Below, piece by piece: positions 55,671 through 64,000 of a DNA stretch of 64,000 nucleotides (positions are counted from its first letter, which is position 1; the number at the start of each line of letters is the position of its first letter). The stretch spans positions 224,001 to 288,000 of the forward strand of contig OZ241857.1 of assembly GCA_965203315.1 (NCBI GenBank), in the 5' to 3' direction. Below the pieces are notes generated by a model. It searched no databases. It saw only the letters and a program-made list of their open reading frames with translations, and was not told the DNA's origin. A program made the position numbers and the translations under genes. This DNA comes from Nitrosopumilus sp. (GTDB taxonomy: Archaea > Thermoproteota > Nitrososphaeria > Nitrososphaerales > Nitrosopumilaceae).

Positions 55671-55844
55671 GGTTCTGTTCACTTGACGGGGTTGAGATCG
55701 TTATGCTGTTATCTCAAAGAACGTACACAGTGACTCAAAACAGCAGCAATTTACGATAACCAATGTGACGCCGTTTCCATATTTTGCAAAATTTTTCGAG
55801 AATTTTGTGCAGAAAACGCCAACCCCAGTAAATTAAACAGAACC
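55671..55844. mobile_element. MITE family B copy
   Basis: TIR ggttctgttc / aacagaacc. Confidence 0.85.
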
Positions 55845-56035
55845 ACAAATAACATGTTAAAAAAAGTCATATGGAGTAATCAAAAATCATACCCGGATAA
55901 TTCACCACCGGGTTCGTTTATTTATCCAGGATGCAGAGAGAGTCAACACACGCGTGGGAAACAGCAGGCGACAGTGTCAGTACAGAAACATATCTGAAAC
56001 CCATAATAACAGTTAGTGGTTGATTCTTTTTAACT

Positions 56036-56491
56036 TTGAAACAGATACAAATTGCGTCATACTTGGTACTAGTATTGTTTGCTATTGGTTTTCAGACAGG
56101 TGTATCTGAAACAAAACTTCAAATTGATTGTACAAACAAGTTAACTTTATCATCGTCTCATCAATGCATGCAATCTAAACCAATGTTGTTTATTCATAGT
56201 CAACAACAATGTTATATTCCTCAAGAAAATGATGCGGAACACAATGTTGCGACATTTACTCTTGACTCATTTCCATTTATGCAATGCGATCCTAATACTG
56301 GAAGATGGACAATTAATCTCTACTCGTTTTCATTTTTATTCTATCTTTTTTATTTAGTTGTAATTGCTGTGCTCATCTTAATCGGACTTATAATATTTAT
56401 CCGCATAAAAAAATGCGTACAAGACACTAGTGTCACAAATCCAAAGACTCGTACGAGAAGCAACAGTATTAGACTGTATGCGTATTATTAA
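56036..56491 (+). CDS. Hypothetical membrane protein, C-terminus replaced by MITE E
   Basis: Signal-like N-terminus and a TM segment; last codons lie inside the MITE. Confidence 0.45.
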   Translation: MKQIQIASYLVLVLFAIGFQTGVSETKLQIDCTNKLTLSSSHQCMQSKPMLFIHSQQQCYIPQENDAEHNVATFTLDSFPFMQCDPNTGRWTINLYSFSFLFYLFYLVVIAVLILIGLIIFIRIKKCVQDTSVTNPKTRTRSNSIRLYAYY

Positions 56492-56611
56492 GAGTGCTCA
56501 TGCCCAATCATCAAACATGATAACAATGAATCAATTTGCCTCTAGAAATCACACATGTGTTTTATTGTACCTTAAAACGTGAGTATGATGTAAGAAATAC
56601 GCATACAGTCT
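56471..56611. mobile_element. MITE family E, copy 2
   Basis: Similar to 3790-3930. Confidence 0.85.
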
Positions 56612-56993
56612 AAAGTATTTTTCATGTGTTCAAAATCAAGCGATTTGTATCCCAAATGCGTGAATTTATAGATGTCCAATTCTCATTCACCGGACCACTC
56701 ACTATGGCCAAACACATACAAGAACAAATAGGAAAACAACTGTTCGAGACTATGGAGATCAATGTGTGATTTTTAGCTGTATGATGCAATGCGGACATGT
56801 ATTCAGTAAACTATATGATCTCGGATTTGTCTATTTGGTGCATGTTTAGTATGTGTTCGAGACTAGAGGTAGATGATCGTCAAATCTTATATTGTTAGAC
56901 TATGTGTCATATAGTAACGACTGGATATCACATATTGCCGAATTTGAGGATCGTTTCACTATTGTTATATTTGGATATCTATCAAGATAACAC

Positions 56994-57965
56994 ATGCATG
57001 AATTTATCACTAGATGTAAAGAGGACGTACTTGCAGGTATTGGAATAACAACTCTGGATGCAGCCAAACTGTTCAATGTACCAGATGACGAACTAGCATA
57101 CTTGTCTCAATGTGCAGACGAGATAACCCGAGAGATAAATGGTAAGCAGATCGATATGGAACAGCTTGCAAACATCAAAAAGAACGCATGTAGCGAAGAC
57201 TGTACATTTTGTAGCCAGTCTGCATTCTTTGATACTGGCATCGAGACATATCAACTACCAGAACCATCAGAGATAGTAGCAAGTGCCAGCAGGGCAAAAA
57301 AAGATGGTGCAGACTCGTACTGTTTGGTTGCAGCGTGGCGAGCTCCATCAGAGGCTGACTTTGTCAAAGTATGTGATATTATAGATGCGATAAATCACAA
57401 AGTAGGAATAAACATAGAATGCAGTCTTGGATTCTTAAATAAAGATCAAGCTAGACGATTAAAGGCTCTTGGTGTAAAGAGATACAATCACAATTTAGAG
57501 ACATCTAGATCAAAGTTCCCAGAGATTTGCACAACTCACACTTTTGACGATAGGCTAGACACGTTGTACACTGCAAGAGCTGCAGGTTTAGAGCTATGCA
57601 CTGGTGGAATAATTGGACTAGGTGAGACTCGTGATCAACGACTCGAATTAATACTAGATGTAGCTAGATTGTTTCCAGAAGAAGTCACAATAAACATACT
57701 GGTTCCTGTACAAGGCACACCATTAGAATTACAGCACGAAATCCCAAACTCTGAGATACTTCGTGTATTTGCGGTTACACGCTTTTTGTTACCTGAATCT
57801 GTAATCAAGATATCTGGTGGTCGTGAAAGAATGCTGATCGATTCTGGTGAACAACTTCTTAGAGGTGGAGCAAACGGAATAATTACAGAAGGATACCTCA
57901 CCATGAGTGGAAACAAGTTCCAAGACGACTTGGAAATGATAGGGCGCATTGGACTCGAGACATAG
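56994..57965 (+). CDS. bioB: Biotin synthase
   Basis: C.EDC.FC.QS radical-SAM motif, YNHNLET and C.GGI.GLGE. Confidence 0.95.
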   Translation: MHEFITRCKEDVLAGIGITTLDAAKLFNVPDDELAYLSQCADEITREINGKQIDMEQLANIKKNACSEDCTFCSQSAFFDTGIETYQLPEPSEIVASASRAKKDGADSYCLVAAWRAPSEADFVKVCDIIDAINHKVGINIECSLGFLNKDQARRLKALGVKRYNHNLETSRSKFPEICTTHTFDDRLDTLYTARAAGLELCTGGIIGLGETRDQRLELILDVARLFPEEVTINILVPVQGTPLELQHEIPNSEILRVFAVTRFLLPESVIKISGGRERMLIDSGEQLLRGGANGIITEGYLTMSGNKFQDDLEMIGRIGLET

Positions 57966-59070
57966 ATTCGTTCGAGATGAACTAGATAGATTGTCAACTG
58001 CTGGACTATACAGGCAGCTCAAATATGGTACAATCGATGGCAGTTTTATCAAGGTAGGAGATAGTTCTCTCATAAACTTGGGTAGTAATGACTATCTTGG
58101 CATGCCTCCAACTAGTATCACTCCAAGTCAGTTACAATCTAGCTCACGTCTAATCTCTGGCAATGATAACTCTTATCGTACACTTGAGAGTATGCTGTCG
58201 AGGCACAAGTCCAAACAAGCTAGTCTTGTATATCCAACTGGATACATGGCAAATATTGGCGTGATATCTACCTTGGCAAGTAAAGGCGATCTAATCGTCA
58301 GTGACGAATTAAACCATTCAAGTATAATAGATGCATGTAGGTTATCTGGGGCAGATATCGCAGTATATGCACATAATGACATGTCTGATCTCGCATTAAA
58401 ACTCAAAAGAGATGGGCGACGCAAGTTTGTGATATCTGAAGGTATATTCAGTATGGATGGAGATTATGTAAATCTAACAGAACTAGTCGAGATAGCAAAA
58501 CATGCTGGAGCTATCACGATACTCGATGATGCACACGGTGACTTTGTTGTAGGTCGTGGTGGTAGAGGTACGATGCACAAGTTTGGTGCTGTGCGGGATA
58601 TTGATGTGTACACAAGCAGTCTCAGTAAAGGACTAGGATCCTTTGGAGGCTATATTGCAACAACTCGTGATGTTGTAGATTTATGTATAAACCGTTCAAG
58701 ATCATTCATCTATACCTCTGCACTCCCTAGTTTACTAGTCCAACATGCACAGATGCGATTGAAGATGGATCATACCAAATATCGAACCAATCTACACAAG
58801 AACACGAGGCGACTGAGGCGAGGACTAGAACTAGCTGGATACGATATACGATCCAAGACGCATATAATTCCAATAATTATTGGTAATGAGCAACATGCTA
58901 TGGATCTTGGAACATGGTTGTACAATCGTGGTCTATTTGTGCAACCTATACGATATCCTACTGTTCCACGTGGTGCTGCAAGGCTACGTCTCTCAGTCAC
59001 CGGATGGCTAGATGCTGCAACGATCGATAAGGCGATCTCTATATTTGAAGAGATGTATGCGATGATTTAG
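57949..59070 (+). CDS. bioF: 8-amino-7-oxononanoate synthase
   Basis: SNDYLG, TGYMAN, SDELNH.SIID, FSMDGD, DDAH and SLSK motifs. Confidence 0.94.
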   Translation: MDSRHRFVRDELDRLSTAGLYRQLKYGTIDGSFIKVGDSSLINLGSNDYLGMPPTSITPSQLQSSSRLISGNDNSYRTLESMLSRHKSKQASLVYPTGYMANIGVISTLASKGDLIVSDELNHSSIIDACRLSGADIAVYAHNDMSDLALKLKRDGRRKFVISEGIFSMDGDYVNLTELVEIAKHAGAITILDDAHGDFVVGRGGRGTMHKFGAVRDIDVYTSSLSKGLGSFGGYIATTRDVVDLCINRSRSFIYTSALPSLLVQHAQMRLKMDHTKYRTNLHKNTRRLRRGLELAGYDIRSKTHIIPIIIGNEQHAMDLGTWLYNRGLFVQPIRYPTVPRGAARLRLSVTGWLDAATIDKAISIFEEMYAMI

Positions 59071-59171
59071 CGCAGTGCGTCAAATCCACCAATTGCAGGC
59101 GATCCTACAATTACTGCAAATGTTACCAAGATCCCTAATACTATGCCAACTATGACAAACCGTTTGTTCAT
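59067..59171 (-). CDS. 34-aa single-TM microprotein (below the ORF-track cut-off)
   Basis: MNKRFVIVGIVLGILVTFAVIVGSPAIGGFDALR*; TTTTTTAA upstream; stop overlaps the bioF stop. Confidence 0.6.
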   Translation of the reverse strand: MNKRFVIVGIVLGILVTFAVIVGSPAIGGFDALR

Positions 59172-59381
59172 GTATACCTAGATGGACACTCGATTAAAAA
59201 AGCATTGCACACTAGTTTGTAATTTGTCTCTTCCCCTAAAATGGAAACATGTTGTGACTTGCGTCATCTTTAGATATCTATGTGTAACAATCACGTATGT
59301 TGTATTTTATGACTGGTCATCTATGTTGGGCTGACATTTGTATCAATCTAGATTTATATAAACAGAAATTTATATAACCAC

Positions 59382-59774
59382 ATGACTAGTATTCTCTTTG
59401 TCTGTGTAGAGAATGCAGGTCGTAGCCAAATGGCAGAAGCATTCTTTCGTAAACATGCTCCCGAGTTTGATGTGTCTAGCGCTGGAACTGTTCCGTCCAA
59501 TCAAATCAATCCTGTCGTTGTACAGGTAATGGGCGAGTTGGGAATAGACCTAGATGGTAAACCAAAAGTCATATCTAATCTGATGATCAACAACTCGGAT
59601 CGTATTGTAAATATGGGTTGTATGGACAAAGAGATATGCCCTGCACTATTTGTAAATGATGTATTGGATTGGAATATGCCTGATCCAAAAGAGAGACCGA
59701 TAGATGAGGTCAGAGATATTCGCGATCAAATACAAATCAAAGTGTTGGATCTGATCAAATCTATCAAGGAATGA
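59382..59774 (+). CDS. arsC: Arsenate reductase (LMW-PTPase type)
   Basis: FVCVENAGRSQMAEA, MGC...CP and W..PDP motifs. Confidence 0.88.
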   Translation: MTSILFVCVENAGRSQMAEAFFRKHAPEFDVSSAGTVPSNQINPVVVQVMGELGIDLDGKPKVISNLMINNSDRIVNMGCMDKEICPALFVNDVLDWNMPDPKERPIDEVRDIRDQIQIKVLDLIKSIKE

Positions 59775-59780
59775 ACTGGT

Positions 59781-60440
59781 TTGGTATACTCGAATTGGCA
59801 GATATTTCTTGTCGAGCTGATGGGAACATATATTCTAGTCGTCTTTGCAACTGGTTCAATAGTATATGATTGGCGAGAGTTTGACGGCCAACTTGGAATT
59901 CCATTTGCTGCAGTAGCTCCTTTTGTGGCACTATTGTTTGGTGTCTATCTGTTTAGCAAGATATCTCTTGCACATTTCAATCCTGCTGTAACTATTGCGT
60001 ATTATATCACCGGACACACATCAAAGAGGCAGTTACCTTATTACTTTGCAGCAGAGATAATTGGCGCAATATTGGGCTCAGTATCGGTATTGTATCTTGT
60101 AGGTGATTATGCAGATCTTGGCTCAAATGCACCCCGTCTAGATTACTCTATGTTTGTTGTATTTCCGGTTGAAGTACTAGCATCTGCTATGTTGATGTCT
60201 GTTATACTCTATGTGGTGTATACTGGTGGCTTGCGTGGATTTAGTGGCGTGGCGATTGGTGGCATGGTTGGGCTAGATATCCTATTTCTCTCATCCATAT
60301 CTGGCGCATCAATGAATCCTGCTCGTGCACTCGGACCTGCACTTGTATCTAGTACGTTTGAACATTTGTGGTTGTACTGGACTGCACCATTTGTTGGAAC
60401 TGTTATTGTCGCATTAATATCTCGTTCCAAATTCAAATGA
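59781..60440 (+). CDS. MIP-family aquaporin/aquaglyceroporin, likely arsenite efflux
   Basis: Two NPA motifs; directly follows arsC. Confidence 0.9.
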   Translation: MVYSNWQIFLVELMGTYILVVFATGSIVYDWREFDGQLGIPFAAVAPFVALLFGVYLFSKISLAHFNPAVTIAYYITGHTSKRQLPYYFAAEIIGAILGSVSVLYLVGDYADLGSNAPRLDYSMFVVFPVEVLASAMLMSVILYVVYTGGLRGFSGVAIGGMVGLDILFLSSISGASMNPARALGPALVSSTFEHLWLYWTAPFVGTVIVALISRSKFK

Positions 60441-60562
60441 ACAGTCGTGCTAATGGTAGCGTAAATGTTCACATCAATGGATATTTTCAGTTTACGTGGA
60501 GAAGAGCGGTTATGGAAAAAACACCACAAGATTTTACAAATAAATCTGGCGATTAGATACAT

Positions 60563-60678
60563 GGGATATTCGATTTACATGAGATGAGATTTCGCAAGAC
60601 TTTTTCCATATTTTCCCTTATCGGATCTTGTAGTGCTTTTTCTATAACCGTTCTATCTCACACAAGCCAAAGAGATCC
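60563..60678. mobile_element. MITE family C copy (a partial copy also starts at 60479)
   Basis: ggatattcgatttac ... aagagatcc. Confidence 0.7.
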
Positions 60679-60718
60679 AGACGCACAAGTCTATATGTGT
60701 ACTAGATTCCATATTCTT

Positions 60719-61345
60719 GTGAAAGATATCAAGGATATGTTTAATGACCATCAGACTGTATCCAAGATTCAGTCAAAATTACCAACGTTGTTCAAATTAG
60801 CCGAACTCGAATCCACACGAGGTGGAAAGATAGGTATGGAAGTAGGAACGATCAGAGAGCGAATACTGATCTCATTGTTACGATATTACTTTGGCAAGAA
60901 TGATGTAAATATCAATATCCCGATAACAGATAAAGAGACAGATGTGATCGTTTTAGGAACTCCGATATCTATCAAGACAAAGACAAAGAGTCTGTCTGGA
61001 GTAAAGATAGTTTGGACAGTAGATTGGGAGATGTCTGAAAAATTTATCAAAGCCTACAAACCATCAACTGCTATATTATTTGCTTTAATCGATTGGAATA
61101 AAGAGATCGATGGACTGTTATTTATTCCTCTAGACGTTCAACAACAGATGTTTGATGAGATGAAACTCGATTACTTTAAAGGAATAAAGCATGGAACAAA
61201 TCCTAGAGGCGTAGAATTCTCCCAAGATGCTATGCAACGTATGATTTGTCATAGTAACACACCATCCATCAAAATTAAATGGGAATATAATGAAATAGAG
61301 TTTGACATTTATGAAAAATGGGATCAATATTGGAATGAAGATTAG
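60719..61345 (+). CDS. Type II restriction endonuclease, ThaI-like
   Basis: LP.LF.LAELES.RGGK.GMEVG..RE, D(V).....SIKT and GTNPRGVE motifs; the ORF-track start lies inside a MITE. Confidence 0.75.
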   Translation: MKDIKDMFNDHQTVSKIQSKLPTLFKLAELESTRGGKIGMEVGTIRERILISLLRYYFGKNDVNINIPITDKETDVIVLGTPISIKTKTKSLSGVKIVWTVDWEMSEKFIKAYKPSTAILFALIDWNKEIDGLLFIPLDVQQQMFDEMKLDYFKGIKHGTNPRGVEFSQDAMQRMICHSNTPSIKIKWEYNEIEFDIYEKWDQYWNED

Positions 61346-62247
61346 AGTATAGTGTTTGTAGATTTTATTCTATCCTTGGCGATCTGTACATATCCTTTAT
61401 TGTTATCTATCATTAAGAATTTACGTTTTGACTGTATGGCTGCAACAGCTGATGTGCCTGATCCACAAAATGGATCAAATATTATATCGCCCTCAAACGT
61501 ATACAATTGAATACAACGATATGGTAACTCTACTGGAAAAGGAGCTGGATGTTGTACGCGTTTTGCACTCTCTGGATTGAACTGCCAAACACTCTTTGTA
61601 TATTCTAGAAATTGATCTCTTGATATGGTACTCTTTTGTGCTCTACGACCAAAATCACCTTTACTGAATACAAGAATATACTCGTGTACATCACGAAGTG
61701 TTGGATTTGATGCCGACTTCCAACTTCCCCAAGCAGTCGATGATCCTGCCCCTGCTCCCTTGGTCCAGATTATCTCCCCACGCATTTGAAACTTGTTCTT
61801 TAACATGGAATCTATGATAAATGTGTGATATGGAATGTAGGGCTTTCTTCCAACATTTGCTATATTGATACATGCTCTACCGCCATTCACTAGCAGTCTA
61901 TAAGTCTCTGCAAATACCTCGTCCAACATGCCAATATACTCATCTAGACTCTGATCGATATCATAGTCTTTACCAACGTTGTATGGTGGTGATGTGACCA
62001 TCAAATGTACGCTAGAGTCAGGTATACCTTTGAGATTACGACTATCTTTGCATAGTATCTTGTTTGTGTATCGACCTAGATCATTCTGTTGATCATTTGT
62101 AGTAGCAGATTGTACATCAAATAACTTTCTAGCATAAAATTGTGTAGAGTCATGATTTATTCTAGATGTACCACCAAATCCTTTCATGGCAGTACCGTCT
62201 CTTGATCTAGATTTACTAGAATGCCTCTTTATCTCTGTCTGTGACAT
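61342..62247 (-). CDS. Beta-class N4-C/N6-A DNA methyltransferase
   Basis: TSPPY, HPAPFP.EL and DPFCGSGT motifs; convergent with the REase. Confidence 0.92.
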   Translation of the reverse strand: MSQTEIKRHSSKSRSRDGTAMKGFGGTSRINHDSTQFYARKLFDVQSATTNDQQNDLGRYTNKILCKDSRNLKGIPDSSVHLMVTSPPYNVGKDYDIDQSLDEYIGMLDEVFAETYRLLVNGGRACINIANVGRKPYIPYHTFIIDSMLKNKFQMRGEIIWTKGAGAGSSTAWGSWKSASNPTLRDVHEYILVFSKGDFGRRAQKSTISRDQFLEYTKSVWQFNPESAKRVQHPAPFPVELPYRCIQLYTFEGDIIFDPFCGSGTSAVAAIQSKRKFLMIDNNKGYVQIAKDRIKSTNTIL

Positions 62248-62324
62248 AGATAAATTAAAACTCCATCATGTTTTAAACGTTGATCTATCTGTATATCTGA
62301 ACGCATTTCTGTTATTGCGGAATT

Positions 62325-62439
62325 TGATCTATTCGATTTACATCGGATAGCACTTGGCAAAACCGTTTTCATATTTTCCCCATAGAATCTTGCAGTACTT
62401 TTTCTGTAACCATCCCTCCCGTGTAAACCGAAAAGATTC
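62325..62439. mobile_element. MITE family C copy
   Basis: gatctattcgatttacat ... taaaccgaaaagattc. Confidence 0.72.
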
Positions 62440-62613
62440 TTCACATGGATAAGAGAGCCGCCTAGTCATCATCAGATTGTTTTGATTCATCTTTTGCATT
62501 GAGTGACTTTTTCAAATAACCGCTAACTTTTGTTGGTTCAGGAAAATCTACTTCATCCATACTGTTACATTAGATTGCTAAAGTTATTAATGTTTACGTT
62601 TGCCCCTATTTCT

Positions 62614-63107
62614 ATGGATACGACATTTCTTGAGGAGTTGAGACAGCAGTTTGATCGACACTGTGCATCGTCTGACAATCTAACGAAAAAGGCAACAAAT
62701 GTAATGACAATCGCAGGAATTATTTTAGCCATATTCATTGGATTCTCTATACCTACATTAGGCCAAGACGGTAGTTCCATATATTGGCATGTGGGCGTTT
62801 TATCTAGTACTGTGTCACTATTTATAACAATTTTATTATGCATGTGGTTAAACAGTCCTGAATCACTAAAAGTCCCATTCTTGGGAGAGGAGCTAGGAAA
62901 AAAGGAAAATCAGAATTTGAAGGATGGTTAAACATGTCCTATAATTATTATCGATTTTTATGCAAGGAGTACATTAATTGCTTGAGAGATGCAGAATCAA
63001 AGATTGACTCTAAATCTACGCAACTAAATCGTTCAATATTATTTTTTGTGGCAGGAATTATTGCTTTGCCTCTCTCTGTAGTATTAGGGGTTCTTTTAAC
63101 TTATTGA
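62614..63107 (+). pseudogene. Frameshifted three-TM membrane protein
   Basis: Second frame after ~62900 gives ...KSTQLNRSILFFVAGIIALPLSVVLG. Confidence 0.55.
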
Positions 63108-63126
63108 GGGCGGTAGTAAATTGACA

Positions 63127-63299
63127 GGTTCTGTTCAATTGGCGGGGGTTGAGATCATGATGACGTTATTTCAAAGAACACACAATATGTGACTCAAAAC
63201 AGCAGATTTACGATAGTTGATATGAGATCGTTTCCGTATCTTGCAAAGTTTCGAGAATTTTGGACAGAAAATGCCAACTCTCGTCAAATGAACAGAACC
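63127..63299. mobile_element. MITE family B copy (between a MITE A end at 63089 and a MITE C end at 63346)
   Basis: TIR ggttctgttcaattg / caaatgaacagaacc. Confidence 0.85.
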
Positions 63300-63347
63300 T
63301 AGAAAAAGCTTTGCAAAGTACCATTCCACGTAAACCAAAGAGATCCT

Positions 63348-63685
63348 AAGGTACGTGTAGGTATTGTACTACACAGCTAAAACTCTGCTTGAATTAACAA
63401 TCAAGTAAAAAAGGGCGGCATGATGTACGTCTACAAGTAGAAGGGATATGACACACTGGTCTTTCACGGATATGAATTAGAATTAGTTAATCATCAAAAG
63501 ATCCTTACAAAAGGCAATGTACATATCAGCGGAATGGGTGGGTTTTATGGATTTGCAAAATTGAACTTGGCAAAGTATCGAGGTGTGAGATCAAAAAAGT
63601 TTCTGCCATGTCTCATAGATGGCGTGGCGATACAATAATCGAAACTGCGAATTGTGTGATTTGTTGCTTCAATGCACGTTGGGGG
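63348..63685 (+). mobile_element. Decayed IS1595 transposase remnant
   Basis: Similar to 3140-3670 without the MITE. Confidence 0.7.
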
Positions 63686-63725
63686 ACGTACATCACTAAT
63701 CGTCTTGATTTAACATTTCATGGCG

Positions 63726-63999
63726 TCATCTTTTATGTACTTCACAATAATCCGTCAATCCTTCCTTATCCATCTTTTCATCGTGTTTTGCTAGGATCTC
63801 TTGTCCTATTTGGACCAAATCTCTTAAACATCTTTCACAGATATCTTTCCCTTTGATGTGTTCGTCCATTTCTGGATCTCCCAACCTCATGTGAAATACA
63901 TGTTTAAACTTTGATAATAGAAAGCACACATTACATCTGATTCGTCCATCATACAGATCTTCGTCTTCTTCATGTGTCCCCCAATCATCAGGCCATGGA
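63726..63999 (-). CDS. Hypothetical protein with CxxC motifs (5' end outside window)
   Basis: Frame open to the window edge (..GRIRCNVC..ICERC..YCEVH). Confidence 0.5.
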   Translation of the reverse strand, partial: PWPDDWGTHEEDEDLYDGRIRCNVCFLLSKFKHVFHMRLGDPEMDEHIKGKDICERCLRDLVQIGQEILAKHDEKMDKEGLTDYCEVHKR

Positions 64000-64000
64000 T

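Noticed and set aside
55880-56010. GC-richer intergenic stretch with a hairpin as a riboswitch in the biotin cluster
   Set aside because: No recognisable riboswitch consensus; lies in a MITE-bounded insert
19023-63346. MITE C repeats as integron attC sites
   Set aside because: They lack RYYYAAC/GTTRRRY ends, occur in both orientations, and no integron integrase is present in the window

Overview
AT-rich archaeal chromosome segment, most likely from an ammonia-oxidising Nitrosopumilaceae (Thaumarchaeota) lineage. This is inferred from the split MetH, S-layer-like proteins and the IPxW..W..G.I.D C-terminal domain on PstS. The serpin expansion, heavy IS/MITE load and many pseudogenes resemble host-associated (e.g. 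sponge-symbiont) genomes. Core genes are metH (C-terminal part), pstS/pstCAB/phoU with an AbrB-PhoU regulator, mtnA, bioA/D/B/F, arsC plus an aquaporin, a Nudix hydrolase and an SPFH protein. Defence content comprises an IS66-disrupted Type ISP R-M gene, a ThaI-like Type II R-M pair, a Panacea TA module and an AbiE-like pair. Mobile elements are IS5, IS1595, IS630, IS66, IS110 and ISH3 elements plus at least five MITE families. The most striking structure (7005-12833) is a three-level nest. An IS630 is interrupted by an IS66, and both terminal inverted repeats of that IS66 carry an IS110/IS1111-type recombinase element inserted at the same nucleotide position, suggesting an RNA-guided element that targets another transposon's ends. 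Other highlights: a convergent HTH-only paralogue inside the IS630; three serpin 3' ends with different reactive-centre loops but a shared ~90-bp 3' element; a protein with 11 RGRKP AT-hook-like repeats; a (TATCCAT)x17 array at the Type ISP promoter; and MITE pairs bracketing defence modules.
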